Positions 22,792 through 35,913 of a DNA stretch of 64,000 nt are shown here, in pieces. Both the position numbers and the translations under genes were made by a program. The stretch lies in assembly GCF_032444005.1 (NCBI RefSeq), contig NC_091291.1, positions 27,776,001 through 27,840,000 of the forward strand, given 5' to 3'. The notes beneath the pieces were generated by a model that worked only from the letters and a program-made list of their open reading frames with translations, did not search any database and had not been told where the DNA came from. Origin of the DNA: Ranitomeya imitator. Lineage: Eukaryota. Numbering within the stretch: the stretch's first letter is position 1; every line of letters begins with the position of its first letter.

Positions 22792-24010
22792 TGTCACCCC
22801 AGTAGTCCGGTTGCCACAGTGGCATTGCCTCCCTCACAGGCGGTGATGTCATGCCTGGAAGCAAGGAGGGGTCCCCTAATCAGGTAATGAGTCACCCTGC
22901 CAGGGCCGTGGGGTACTCGGTACTGGGTCCGGTGTTTCACAGGGGGATGTGACGGTGGCGACTTGGTCCGTGGCCCTGGGCGCCCATGTAAACGTGAAAG
23001 GTCTTTAAAGGGAATAAAGTTTATGTTCATGATGCCACCTGTGGTATTCGGTCAGTGGGGACCGACGCTGCTCTAAGGGGTCCTCTGGGGTGATGTTATG
23101 GCAGCTAGATGGTATACCTTCCCACAGGTGAAGTATATCCCCAGGGCTCCTGGTGTGTAGATGTAAGATGGTGAATGGCTCAGTAAGGAACAAGGACACA
23201 GGTTTGCAGTCTCTTTACCTTGTTTACTGATGACTTCAGGCATCCACATTCCAGGGCACCAGATCACAGGGCAGGCAGGGTCCGTCTGACTTGGAGACAA
23301 GTTAAGAGTCCCCTTGTCCAGGTGGAAATCAAAGCCTTCCTCTAATGCGGTGGTGTTGTAGTCCCTTACTGCCTATGGCTTCAGATAAGGTCCTCACAGA
23401 TGTTCTCTCTCTGTCCCCCATATAGGATAGGACATAACCCGTATGACTGGTGACTTGGTTTATAGGGACTCTAGCTCTAAGGGTGTCACTGTGCCTCCTG
23501 GGTATTAAGGTGGAAAGGTAACTTGGAGTTCAGCCGTCCTGCCGATCTCTGATGTAAGTCATAGAGGCCCTTACAACCTCGGTGTTCTGGCTACCGGTCT
23601 CTGCGCCTCAGAAGAAGGCAGCCTGCTCATGTCTGGTCTCCCAATGGTGTCCTCTCCTGTGCTTTGCTCTCCTGCATGTTCACTGCAATATATTCGGCTT
23701 TCTGTATGTCTCTTTCCAGGAGCTGCAGCACTGCGGCTTCACAGCTCCGTACACCTTCTTCTGCCTCAGACTGCTCCAGTCTGTTTCCTGGCAAGAACTG
23801 TTCTGACCTTTCTCTAAAGACTACAGATATATATATGGGGAGTCACCTAGTAAATAGGATTAAAAGCTCTCCCTGGTGGCCTGGAGTGTGAATGCGTTGC
23901 ATGTTTGTGGTACCTGGTTACAGTTATCTCTTCTTGTCTTCAAGCGTAACATCACTCTCCCCGTGAGGAAAGCAATGCTACTGTGACGACCAGGACCCTG
24001 GGGCGCCACA
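22792..24010. mobile_element. LTR-like relic (TG...CA ends, imperfect terminal inverted repeats)
   Basis: Starts TGTCACCCC, ends GGGGCGCCACA; ~55-bp imperfect inverted termini; no coding region; no target duplication found. Confidence 0.55.
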
Positions 24011-24560
24011 GTAACACTAGCATACAACACTTTTCCTGACTCCAGACCAGAAGGGGGAGCTCTACCATCCAGTTTCATTGGAGCTTCCCTATAAGTTCTG
24101 GCCTGGAGGTGGAGTTAGTTAGTCGGAGTCTGAGAGAGTGAAGGAAGAGGAGAGCAGTGGGGGAGAGCCTGGAGAGTGGATCTGTGGCCAAGCTCACAGA
24201 GCTGAGTGCCCAGAAACCGGACACCGGAGTCCGTGGTTGCTTGGGTACAGAAGTCTAAATCCGGAGGGCAGGAGACTGCAGGTTTCCTGGCCCATATAAC
24301 ACCCAGCAGCACAGCAGCATATCAGAGCCCGGAACCGCCACCAGGGAGCAACAGCCAGAATAGGGTCACGTGACCTGCCACGGATAGAGACATTCAGGGC
24401 AGAGAGGGAGAGCCATCGTCGAATGGGGGCGCCAGTGCGCAGGTTATAGGGTGCCAACCTCCGCTGTCAGGCAGGGTGAGATAGGCTGTATATAGGGTCA
24501 GGCACTTCTCCCTGGGTGCCTCTGTATATATTTGTAGATTGTATGCATTGGTGTTGGTTT
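24011..24560. mobile_element. Fragment of related LTR-like sequence, apparently in opposite orientation
   Basis: CCAGACCAGAAGGGGGAGCTCT resembles the reverse complement of AGCTCTCCCTGGTGGCCTGG in the preceding element. Confidence 0.35.
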
Positions 24561-24565
24561 ATACT

Positions 24566-25602
24566 TGGATCGCCCCCAGTCGCAGGGCCACGGGTTACTC
24601 GGTACCGGTCCTCTGCTGGCTCAGTTCTGGGGATGTCACGGTGGCTGGGCCCGGTCCGTGACCCCGCTAAGGGGCGTCCAATAAGGGGGTGATGGTGCGT
24701 AGTGCGAGGAATAACGAGGACACAGGGTTCAGTTTCTTTACCTTTTACTGAAGGTTTCAGGATCCTCAATCCAGGGCACTGTCAACGGGGCTGTCTGAGA
24801 CCAGCCGGTCCGATGGGCACATCCGGAGTTCCCTTTGCAGGTGGAAATCAGTGTCTACCTACTAGCGCCTGTGTGTTGTAGTGCTTCCCTGCTGAGCATT
24901 CAGGATAGTCCTCACAACTTCTGTTCTCGTTCTCTCTAGATCTTTCCTTTCTCCGTCCCCCAGGTTTGTTATGGCTAGGACGCACCTTTATGACAGGTAG
25001 GCCTGTAGTTATTCTGGAACCCTAGTGTCGCCCCTCTCCCACGATTGCCTCCTATGTCCTTCTTAGGTGTTGTATGGTAGACAGCCAACCTGTAATTAAC
25101 TATCCTGCCGCTGTTTGAAGTAATGCGTGGAGACTGTTACTTCCTCGGTGCTCCGGCCACCGCTATGCGCCTCAGTAGAATGTTGCCGTTCTCGGGGCAC
25201 GACTCCTACTGGCTCTCCTTTGTGCTGATCTCGTTTCTCACTGTTCCACAATATCCTTCGCGTCTCTTTCTTAGGATACCGCCGCAAGGTAGTGCAGGCG
25301 CGGTTCCGTAACGTTCTGTTCTGTTCGCTAGGTACCTGCCAGATTTCCCAGTTCTGACAGGTCCTCCCTGGAGCTCTCCCAGGCTTCGTTCTGTCTAACT
25401 TCCTGTCCAACCCCTAGTTTTACCAATGTGAGGAGTGGCCCAATAAATAAGCCTTTTACTCCCCCTAGTGGCCAGAGTGTGAAGTGTAATGTGTGCTGGT
25501 GATACCTGGTCAAAGAACTCCTTTAGTGCAGTCAGACGTACCATCACTCCCCTTAGTGGCAGAGCGACGTTACTGCAATGACCAGATCTCTGGGGCGCTG
25601 CA
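24566..25602. mobile_element. Second diverged LTR-like relic of the same family
   Basis: Shares colinear blocks with 22792-24010 (TACTCGGTAC, GGGGATGT.ACGGTGGC, AGGACACAGG, GGTGGAAATCA) and ends GGGGCGCTGCA. Confidence 0.55.
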
Positions 25603-26978
25603 TATTCACCTGCTGTATTTATTTTTTAGCCATTTATATAATAAAAATTGAAGGTTTATAAATTTATATATTAGAGCTCGGCGGTGATTGCATATACAAA
25701 AAATACCTCTAATAATCTATCCTTAATAAACTGTGAAATATGGCCTGCCATGCTGGTAACCAAACTGATAGACAGTGAGAGGAACTTGTGCAGAGATTCA
25801 GGCAGCAAGGACCTAAGAGAACAGCACAGAAGGAACATCTCCAAACTCACCTGGCTAGGTGGATCCTAAATTGCTTCCAGACTGCCAGGACCCCCATCAT
25901 CACCTGTTACCCATGCCCAGGACTGCCCATTCGACCACCAAGTAAAGGTAAAGAAAACTACAATCCTTGTGTCCTCCAGTCATTAATGGGAAGCAGGTAG
26001 CAGAGGCACTGGAAGCTGCAGTCAGACAGGAGACGTCCTGGAGACTGTGGACAGGTAGCACAAATACTGGAAGTTGCAGACGCCTAAGACTCAGGAACAC
26101 TTAAAGTCTTAATAGCAAGAAACAGGTGTGTGACCTGGTTGGCCTTTCATGGGTCTAGGTAGACAATTACATGGGAGCATATTAGGCTATCTGCAAAGCC
26201 CTTTGTGACCAGAATGTTTGACGGACCGGAATGAGGAGAGCAAAAGCCAGATCTGAGACAGGTGTGTAATAGTATCACTTACTGACATGATTGCTGCAGT
26301 TGTGATAAGATCACTGCTTTCTCTGCTGTAGACATAGCAGTAGACAGAATGCTGAGCCCTAAATAACCCTGCCCACACCCTGAGTGACAGCTTCTTGTGT
26401 ACATTGTCAGCAAGCTGTCAATCAGTTGTGGGGGCGGAGGTCACACAGATTGGCAGGACTGGCCTGCACGTGAACCCTAGTCCTGCAGTGATAATCTCCT
26501 GCTGATAAAACACTAATTGTATTGAAACTACAGAAATCTGCTGAGCAAGTGACACATTGCTGGAATCAGACCCTCTGCCCTTACATTATGCTGCTATCAG
26601 ATGAAATATCAAAAACTTGCTGACGGATTCCCTTAAACAGAGAATCCGTCAGCGAGCTCATTCAGATTAAATGATGGGAGAGTTTGTAAATCCTTTACCA
26701 GTCTCTTTTGATCTACTCTCAGCTGATTAATGACCACAGATCACATAAAAGTTAAATGTGCAGGGAAACAAAGATCCTGTAAAAGCAAAATAGTACAAAA
26801 TTCGTAGTGAAACCCAAGTGCAAAAATGAAGTTTAACCTCAAATCCATTACTTTGAGATTCTTCCGAGCCTAAATATAGTAATTACGATTCAATGAGCCA
26901 AATACAAGTACACACAGCTTTCATGGTTAAAGATATGGGTCCTAGTGATTGCTCCCTGCGTGGGGTTTTGAGTTAATA

Positions 26979-26994
26979 TGGGAACTTGCAGGTG
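26979..26994 (-). promoter_or_regulatory. PTF1-type bipartite element (E-box plus TC-box)
   Basis: Minus strand CACCTG-caag-TTCCCA, about 50 bp upstream of TATAAA (27044-27049) of the trypsinogen gene. Confidence 0.65.
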
Positions 26995-27043
26995 TCTGGA
27001 GATGATCCATGTGAAGTTACAAGATGTTGAGTTCTAACGGTCC

Positions 27044-27049
27044 TATAAA
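27044..27049 (+). promoter_or_regulatory. TATA box of the trypsinogen-like gene
   Basis: TATAAA about 70 bp upstream of the ATG at 27120. Confidence 0.7.
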
Positions 27050-27119
27050 GGATTCACCCAACTGACCATAGACCTCAATACTTTATATCACATCAAGGCA
27101 GAGCAAAGATCCGCTCAAT

Positions 27120-27159
27120 ATGCGTTCTCTCTGGGCGTTGATGTTCCTGGGGATAGCAG
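27120..27159 (+). CDS. Trypsinogen-like serine protease, exon 1
   Basis: MRSLWALMFLGIA, 40 coding nt, phase-1 donor GTAACT. Join is 27120-27159, 27916-28078, 28662-28921, 36459-36595, 45049-45198 = 750 nt, 249 aa. Confidence 0.88.
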
Positions 27160-27915
27160 GTAACTACCATAGATATCTGAATGCCTTTCTTAAAGCATAC
27201 CTGTCATTTTAGATTTAGCTGCATATGAGGAACAACACCATTTCTAACCACCATATGACTTCATTTTTCACCACTTTTCCTCTCTGAAGGTTCTATCTCT
27301 AATTTTCAGTTGACTGAGCTGGTGGGTGTAGAATATCTGCTATGTTTCCATACACAACTCATACAGACATAAGGGATTTCCTGCTCTCCTGTCTATATTT
27401 AGCATATGTTCAAAAGCAGCAGCAGTTTAGAGGAAAGTATACAGCATTACTGAGCATTATAGCTGTGAATCCAGGGTGACGTAAAACACCAGAAAGCAGC
27501 ATCAGCATCACCACAGTGTGGCTGTGCCTCCTACTTACTTCTCTCCTCCATAGACTGCTCTCCTGTCTGTATGTAGCACATGCTTAGAAACAGCAATGAG
27601 AGCAAGGAAGATATTACACAGCAGTACTGAGCAGTGTAGCTGTGATGCCAACTCTTTGGTGAGATAAACACAAAAAAGCAACATCTTGATCTGTTTCTGT
27701 GTGTATGCGCCTCTCTCTATCACTCTGATCTCTTTCTCCCCTCTACATAGACTTCAATAGGCAGATGTAATATGAACTCACGGTGAGTTGGCAGATTGTC
27801 TTGCTTTGACCTAGAGGAAAAGTGAAAATTTCCTTCTAGGTCAAATTTGGCTCTCTACAAAATTAAGCCATAGAGCCCTAACTAGGAACTTACCATAAAA
27901 CTTTTTTTTTTTCAG

Positions 27916-28078
27916 TGGCTGCTCCTCTGGACGATGACGATAAGATCATTAATGGATATGAGTGTCCCCGCCATTCTCAGCCGTGGCAAGTTTATTTCAC
28001 CTACAGTGGAAACCGCTGGTGTGGAGGATCCTTGATCACCGCACGATGGATCATCTCAGCAGCTCATTGCTACAAGCA
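27916..28078 (+). CDS. Trypsinogen-like serine protease, exon 2 (activation peptide, catalytic His)
   Basis: (V)AAPLDDDDK|IINGYECPRHSQPWQVYFTYSGNRWCGGSLITARWIISAAHCYK; canonical splice sites. Confidence 0.96.
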
Positions 28079-28661
28079 GTAAGCTCTGGAGATATGGAAT
28101 ATTTAGCTAAAGATTCCTCCATTTAGTAGAAGAAAATTACTTAAGTTGTTTTTCATTCTTTACTCCTTAAGAAAGCAATCAGTTTTTGCGTTGACAGCAA
28201 CAATTTTGCTTTTCAACTTTTCTATTTTTCCCTTGGCACTGCCGAATGAGAGCAAATTGTATTTTTAACATCATCATTTTGGATAACAAATAATGATGAC
28301 GTGATTAAATTTTACGAAAGACAAAAGAAAAAGCACAGGCCATATAGAATGGGGGATCACCAGTCGGCAATATAAATTTCAAAACACAGCTTTATTAAAG
28401 TACAACACAGGAAAAAAGAGAACATTAAAAACATCTAAAACACATTGATTAAATTTTATCTATTATTTTGACTTTTTCGAAGACCCAAAACGTTTTTTAT
28501 TTTTCTGACAACAAAACTTTTCGAGGTCTCGTGTTACCCAATTAGTTTTTACTTTCTCGTTTTTATCCATGAAAATTTGATTTTTTTTTCAGGGAAATGC
28601 AATCTTTCTTAAAAAAAAAGTTAAAAACTTGACCTTACTTGATGTTTTATTGTTTCGGTAG

Positions 28662-28921
28662 ACCCAAGACTTTAATTGCTCATCTTGGAGAACACGATAC
28701 AACAAAGGAAGAGGGTAGTGAGCAACATATCCAGGTGGAGAAAGCTTATCAGTACTTCCACTACAACGCGTATTACATAGACCATGATTTTATGATGGTC
28801 AAACTAGCCGAGCCGGCACAGTTGAACCACTATGTCCAACCTATTCCCATTGCCAGTAGTTGTCCCACTGAGGGAAGCTGGTGCCTGGTATCCGGCTGGG
28901 GAAATCTGAAAACATCTGGTG
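28662..28921 (+). CDS. Trypsinogen-like serine protease, exon 3 (catalytic Asp)
   Basis: PKTLIAHLGEHDTTKEEGSEQ...YIDHDFMMVKL...CLVSGWGNLKTSG; donor GTGAGT. Confidence 0.96.
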
Positions 28922-29059
28922 GTGAGTTTTCTATAACGTTCATCTCTCTTTGGGATTATATCTTATTGTTACGAGTTAAATTACCTTTTTTTACAAGACA
29001 TGGTTGCACAATTACAATCTGGACAACCTGTTTTTATACATGATACTATGATAATTTTG

Positions 29060-31380
29060 TGATGGAAGGTCAATCATCCTTCGGGACTTATGTCTACTAG
29101 AGCAGGGGTCCCCAACTCCAGTCCTCAAGGCCCACCAACATGTCATGTTTTCAGGATTTCCTTAGTCTTGCCCAGGTAATAATTGCATCACTTGTGCAAT
29201 GCAAAGGAAATCCTGAAAACATGACCTGTTGGTGGGCCTTGAGGACTGGAGTTGGACTAGAGGATGGATCATCCTTGGGGTTTATGTCTACTAGAGGGTG
29301 AATTAGCCTTCGGGACTTACGTCTACTACAGGGTGAATCATCCTTTGGGAAAAAAGTCTACTAGAGGGTGGATCATCCTTTGGAACTTACGTTTACTGGA
29401 AGGTGAATCATCCTTCGGGACTTACTTCTACTAGAGGTTGAATCATTCTTAGAGACTTACTTTTTCTACACGGTTAATCATCCTTTGGGAATTACGTCTC
29501 CTAGAGGGTGAATCATCCTTTGGGACTTACTTGTACTAGAGGTTGAATCATTCTTTGGGACTTGTTTCTAGTAGAGGGTTAATCATCCTTCAGAAATTAC
29601 GTGTACTAGAGGGTGAATCATCCTTTGGGAAAAAAAGTCTACTAGAGGGTGGATCATTCTTTGGAACTTACGTTTACTAGAATGTGAATCATTCTTTGGG
29701 ACTTACCTCTCCTAGAGGTTGAATCACTCTACGGGACTTACTTTTTCTTCAGGATTAATCATCTTTTGGGAAAAAAGTCTACTAGAGGGTGGATCATCCT
29801 TTGGAACTTACGTTTACTAGAGGGTGGATCATCCTTCCGAATTTATGTTTTCTAGAGGGTGAATTATCCTTTGGGACTTACTTGTACTAGAGGTTGAATC
29901 ATTCTTTGGGACTTGTTTCTAGTAGAGGGTTAATCATCCTTCAGAAATTACGTGTACTATAGTGTGAATCATCCTTTGGGAAAAAAGTCTACTAGAGGGT
30001 GGATCATTCTTTGGAACTTACGTTTACTAGAATGTGAATCATTCTTTGGGACTTACTTCTACTATAGGTTGAATCACTCTTCGGGACTTACTTTTTCTTC
30101 AGGATTAATCATCTTTTGGGAATTACATCTACTAGAGGGTGGATCATCCTTTGGAACTTACGTTTACTAGAGGGTGGATCATCCTTCCGAATTTATGTTT
30201 TCTAGAGGGTGAATCATCCTTTGGGACTTACTTGTACTAGAGGTTGAATCATTCTTTGGGACTTGTTTCTAGTAGAGGGTTAATCATCCTTCAGAAATTA
30301 CGTGTACTATAGTGTGAATCATCCTTTGGGAAAAAAGTCTACTAGAGGGTGGATCATTCTTTGGAACTTACGTTTACTAGAATGTGAATCATTCTTTGGG
30401 ACTTACTTCTACTATAGGTTGAATCACTCTTCGGGACTTACTTTTTCTTCAGGATTAATCATCTTTTGGGAATTACATCTACTAGAGGGTGGATCATCCT
30501 TTGGAACTTACGTTTACTAGAGGGTGGATCATCCTTCCGAATTTATGTTTTCTAGAGGGTGAATCATCCTTTGGGACTTACTTGTACTAGAGGTTGAATC
30601 ATTCTTTGGGACTTGTTTCTAGTAGAGGGTTAATCATCCTTCAGAAATTACGTGTACTATAGTGTGAATCATCCTTTGGGAAAAAAGTCTACTAGAGGGT
30701 GGATCATTCTTTGGAACTTACGTTTACTAGAATGTGAATCATTCTTTGGGACTTACTTCTACTATAGGTTGAATCACTCTTCGGGACTTACTTTTTCTTC
30801 AGGATTAATCATCTTTTGGGAATTACATCTACTAGAGGGTGGATCATCCTTTGGAACTTACGTTTACTAGAGGGTGGATCATCCTTCCGAATTTATGTTT
30901 TCTAGAGGGTTAATCATCCTTTGGGACTTACTTGTACTAGAGGTTGAATCATTCTTTGGGACTTGTTTCTAGTAGAGGGTTAATCATCCTTCAGAAATTA
31001 TGTTTACAACAGGGTTAATCATCCTTCTGGACTTATGTTTACTAGAGTGTGAATCATCCTTCAGGACTTACTTCTACTAGAGGTTGAATCATTCGTTGGG
31101 ACTTGTTTCTAGTAGAGGGTTAATCATCCTTCAGAAATTACGTGTACTAGAGGGTGAATCATCCTTCAGGACTTACTTCTACTAGAGATTGAATCAACCT
31201 TTGGGAATTAAATCTACTAGAGGTTGAATCATCCTTTCGAACTTGCTTCTACCAGAGGGAGAATTATCCTTCAGAACTTACTTGTACTAGAACGGGAATC
31301 ATTCTTCGGGAATTACGTCTACTTTGTGATTTACATCTACCAGAGGGTGGATCATCCTTCAGGACATATGTCTTTTAGCT
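29060..31380 (+). repeat. 35-bp minisatellite with 350-bp higher-order repeat (protease intron 3)
   Basis: Unit ~CTACTAGAGGGTGAATCATCCTTTGGGACTTACGT; identical ORFs at 29952, 30302 and 30652 show the 350-bp period. Confidence 0.95.
29103..29255. mobile_element. hAT-type MITE of the same family as 6727-6912, right end truncated
   Basis: CAGGGGTCCCCAACTCCAGTCCTCAAG...CATGTTTTCAGGATTTCCTTAG; inserted within the 35-bp minisatellite. Confidence 0.85.
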
Positions 31381-31592
31381 TCTGTTCTAGCAAACATAGG
31401 TTGGTCCATTCAACTAATATTAATGGGCACCATGTAATGGCCAAGGCAGAAGAAATGTGTTGATCTTTTTTTTGGCAATAACACTTGATCACTAAGTTTA
31501 CGATAGTCAGATGATTGTTAAGATGGCTTGCTCTCGAAAAGAGGTTGTCCTACTGGGGCAATGGGGCATAATGTTTAATCTTTAGTTCTTTA

Positions 31593-33090
31593 CAGTTGAG
31601 TTCAAAAGTGTTCACTCCCTACTGCAAATTAGGCTTGTTACAAAAATGTGCAAGCTTTCTCCTGAAAGCAAAAAACAAACGAACAAAAAGCAATCAGCTT
31701 AAATTGCTCAGCGTAATAAATATAATACATTTTTCTCCAAATTCACAAAATGTCACTTTTAAGAACTATTTAACCCTATGATAGAATCCTTCAAAAGATT
31801 ACCAATTGAAAATCACGTGTTATGTCAAGGTCACCAGATGAAACGTATCAATGGCTTCATTTAAGTGCCATTGGGTTTGCTTACAATAAAACAAACTGGG
31901 GGGGGTTTGTTGACTTTGACATTTGACTGCATGTTTGACACATGGCTAAGTCAAGAGAGAGGTCCAAAAAGTTGAGAGAAGCGATCATTGCCTTGTACAA
32001 ACTAGGAAAAGGATGCAAAAAAGTACAAAGACATTGAATGTTCCTAGAGGTATAGATGAAAGCAGAGTTCACAAGTTCAAAGTTACAGGAACATTGACGA
32101 CATTATCTGGATGTGGCAGAAGGAGGAAGCTGTTACAGACTGCCACCAGATTCTTGAGGATGCCGGTAGTTAAACAAAACCCTAACAACTGCAAATGACT
32201 TGCACTAAGATTTGATGGCAGCAGGCCACAAAAGTGCATAATAAACGCTGAAGGACTCCACGGCATGTTTCCAAGACATCACCTCTACTGGCTCAAAAAC
32301 ACAAGAAAACTCATGGTGGGGGCTCGGTGATGCTTCCATTGATGCAGGATGTGGGGTTGGTGATGCCTACAGTGAAGCATGGTGGAGACTCAGTGATGCC
32401 TACAGTGAAGCATGGTGGAGACTCAGTGATGCCTACAGTGAAGCATGGTGGAGACTCAGTGATGCCTACAGTGAAGCATGGTGGAGACTCAGTGATGCCT
32501 ACAGTGAAGCATGGTGGAGACTCAGTGATGCCTACAGTGAAGCACAGTAGTAGCTGGTCAAGCTCTGGGTCTGCTTTGCTTACTCTGGCACTGGAACAAT
32601 GCAGCATGTGGAGAACAAGATGGATTCAACAAGTGTCAGGAAATCCCAGGACAAAATGTCATGCCTTCTATGAAGAAGCTGAAGCTTGGGCATCATTGGA
32701 CCATTCAACATGACAATGATCTCCAGCTTTCCTCAAATTCCAACATGGCTTGGTTTAAAAAAAAAAAGTCATGGAAGATTCTGACATGGCTGTCACAGTC
32801 GCCTGAGTTGAACCGAATAGGAAATTGGTGGGATTCGAACAAAGAGGTTGCAGTAAACGCTAACCCAAGGATATGAGTGACTCAAAGGTGATTGCTCATG
32901 AGATTTTGGGATAAGATTCCTCAGGAACACTTGCAGAAGCTGGTGTCTGGCGAGGCACCATTTTTTTGCAGTGGGTTATAACAGCCAGAGAACAAGTACT
33001 AAAGATATTTGTCATGAAGAGGTGACTAATTGTGAGACAGCAATAGTCAGGAACAGTAGTAATTTGTGCAGAATTTGGAGAAATGTTTGC
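31593..33090 (+). mobile_element. Degenerate Tc1 element with an internal 33-bp expansion
   Basis: TA|CAGTTG start; broken transposase remnants (GRRRKL, PTVKHGG, QHDND, WLSQSPELN); right end approximate. Confidence 0.8.
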
Positions 33091-33528
33091 CATGTATTCC
33101 TAGATGTAGGTCTACTGCAGTGGCAAATCATTAAAGGAAAAAAGGGAATTTAGCAGAGAAGGATAATGTAGGGGCAGAGCGTCTGATTCCAGTTATGTGC
33201 CCCTTGCTCAGCAGCTTGTTGTAGTTTCAATACAATCAGTGTTTTATCAGCAGGAGATAATCACTGCAGGACTAGGTGTTGTGTGCTAGGCAGTCCAGCT
33301 AGTCAGTGTAACCACGCCCCCCACCAGTGATTGGCAGCTTGCTGAAAGTGTACACAGAAAGCTGCCAATCAGTGTTGTGGGCGGGGTTATATACAGATCA
33401 GAATTATGACAACTGCTAGATCTGCAGCAGAGAAAACAGGGATTCTATCACAACGTCACCAAGCAGGCCAGTAAGTGATACATCACTGGAATCAGGCTTT
33501 CTTCCCCATACAGCAAAAAATGTTGTAA

Positions 33529-34645
33529 TTGGGACAGCTCATAGAATCCCACGGTATGCAGTACCATCTCTACGCTGACGACATGCAGATCTACCTCTCC
33601 GGACCTGACCTCACCTCCTTACTGACCAAAATCCCGCACTGTCTGTCTGCCATTTCAGCCTTCTTTTCTGCTCGCTTTCTACAACTGAACATGGACAAAA
33701 CAGAATTCATCATCTTTCCCCCATCTCACTCTACCCCTCCACCAGACCTATCCATCAATGTCAATGGCTGCTCACTATCCCCAGTCCCACACGCCCGGTG
33801 CCTCGGGGTGATCCTCGACTCTGCCCTCTCTTTCAAGCCACATATCCAAGCCCTTGCCTCCTCCTGTCGTCTCAAACTCAAAAATATTTGCCGGATCCGT
33901 GCTTTCCTTGACCGCAACACTGCAAAAACGCTAGTGCATGCCTTTATCATCTCCCGCCTCGACTACTGCAACCTCCTACTCTCTGGACTCCCCTCTAACA
34001 CTCTGGCACCACTCCAATCCATCCTACACTCTGCTGCCCGACTAATCTACCTGTCTCCCCGCTATTCCCCGGCCTCTCCCCTATGTCAAGCCCTTCACTG
34101 GCTTCCTATCGCCCAGAGACTCCAGTTCAAAACCCTCACACTGACATACAAAGCCATCCACAACCTGTCTCCTCCATACATCTGTGACATGGTCTCCCGG
34201 TACCTACCTACACGCGACCTCCGATCCTCCCAAGACCTCCTTCTCTACTCCCCTCTCATCTCTTCTTCCCATAACCGCATCCAAGACTTCTCCCGTGCTT
34301 GCCCCATACTCTGGAACTCTCTACCCCAACACATCAGACTTGCGCCTACCATAGAAACCTTCAAAAAGAACCTGAAGACTCATCTCTTCCGACAAGCCTA
34401 CAGCCTGCAGTGATCCTGAAGTTACTGAACAGCCGCACAACCAGCTCTTCCCTCTCCTAGTGTATCCTCACCCACCCCCTGCAGACTGTGAGCCCTCGCG
34501 GGCAGGGTCCTCCCTCCTTATGTACTCGTGTGCCTTGTTGTCTGCTCATGTTTAATGTATTTGTCTATATTTGCCCCGTATTCACATGTAAAGCGCCATG
34601 GAATAAATGGCGCTATAAAAATGTATAATTATAATAATAATAATA
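33529..34645 (+). mobile_element. 5'-truncated L2-clade LINE
   Basis: HLYADDMQIY RT motif, SRLDYCN and LHWLP C-terminal motifs in ORF 33529-34413; 3' TGTAAAGCGCC...GGCGCTATA plus (AAT)n tail. Confidence 0.92.
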
Positions 34646-35284
34646 AAATAATTGGCTGAAATATTTAATATTTAACTAACTTCTGAAGCTGTCCACCACC
34701 ATAGTCTGTTCACCAATTTTAAAGTTTTTATAGATGGCTAGAATTAAAAAAAAATAGTAAAAAAAATAGCCAAATTTGCAATTTACTTATTAACAATTGG
34801 CTATGTTCTCCTCAAATCTTTACTTTTTATTTGATTATTTTTTACTCATTGCCAAAGGGACCGCCCACCGGTGGTAAAAATGTGCAGTGCTTACAAGCTC
34901 TTTCATGCTGAGCTTGTAAGCACTGCCCTGAAGCTTAGTCACTAACAGTGCACTCCAGTGATTCTGGCCATCTTCAGTGCCACCCAAGCTATGCTTCTGT
35001 TTCCGCAGAGGCTAGACTGACTCATACAGAACCTGGGCTATGTCAGTCAATCAGGAGTATCGTCCCCAGCAGCCAGGAAATCAGGAGGCTGAAAAAATAA
35101 ACATATTGTTCATTCTTTAAGGAGGTACCACATAGAAGAGGGGCTGTGTTGCATTTTTATGAAAAGTTTGTGATTCTTTTAGTATCTGCTTTAAGAACTT
35201 ATTCCATTTGCATGAAACAGAGAGAAAACCTGACGCAGAGCGATGAAACACAAGGACATCTCTGATCTGCTACTTTTTAGGTGT

Positions 35285-35637
35285 TTAATGTGTTCCAAAA
35301 TTTCTGGAACTCCAAATGATATCTCTCCTAAAAATTAGAAGACATGAAGGGGGCTGGCTGACTGGCATATTTAAATAACTAAGCTATCTCTCTCTTTATC
35401 ATGGCTAATAGAGAGAGAGTGAGAAGGGGGCTGGGTGACTTGCTCATTTAAATAACTAAGCAATCCCTTTCTTTATCATGGCTAATAGTGATAGATAGAA
35501 GGGGTCTGGCTATCTGGCTCTTTAATTAACTGAGCCATCCCTCTCTTTATCATGGCTAATGGAGAGTGTGAGAAGGGGGCTGGCTAACTGGCTCTTTAAA
35601 TAACTAAGCCATCCCTCTCTTTATCATGGCTAATATG

Positions 35638-35674
<37 letters not shown>

Positions 35675-35874
35675 GCTGGCTGACTGACTCATTTAAATAA
35701 CTAAGCCATCCTTCTCTTTATCATGGCTAATAGAGAGAGAGAAGGGGGCTGGCTAACTGGCTCTTTAAATAACTAAACCATCCCTCTGCTTATCATGGCT
35801 GAGAGAGAGAGAGAAAGGGGCTGGCTGACTGACTCATTTAAATAACTAAGCCATCCTTCTCTTTATCATGGCTA

Positions 35875-35913
<39 letters not shown>

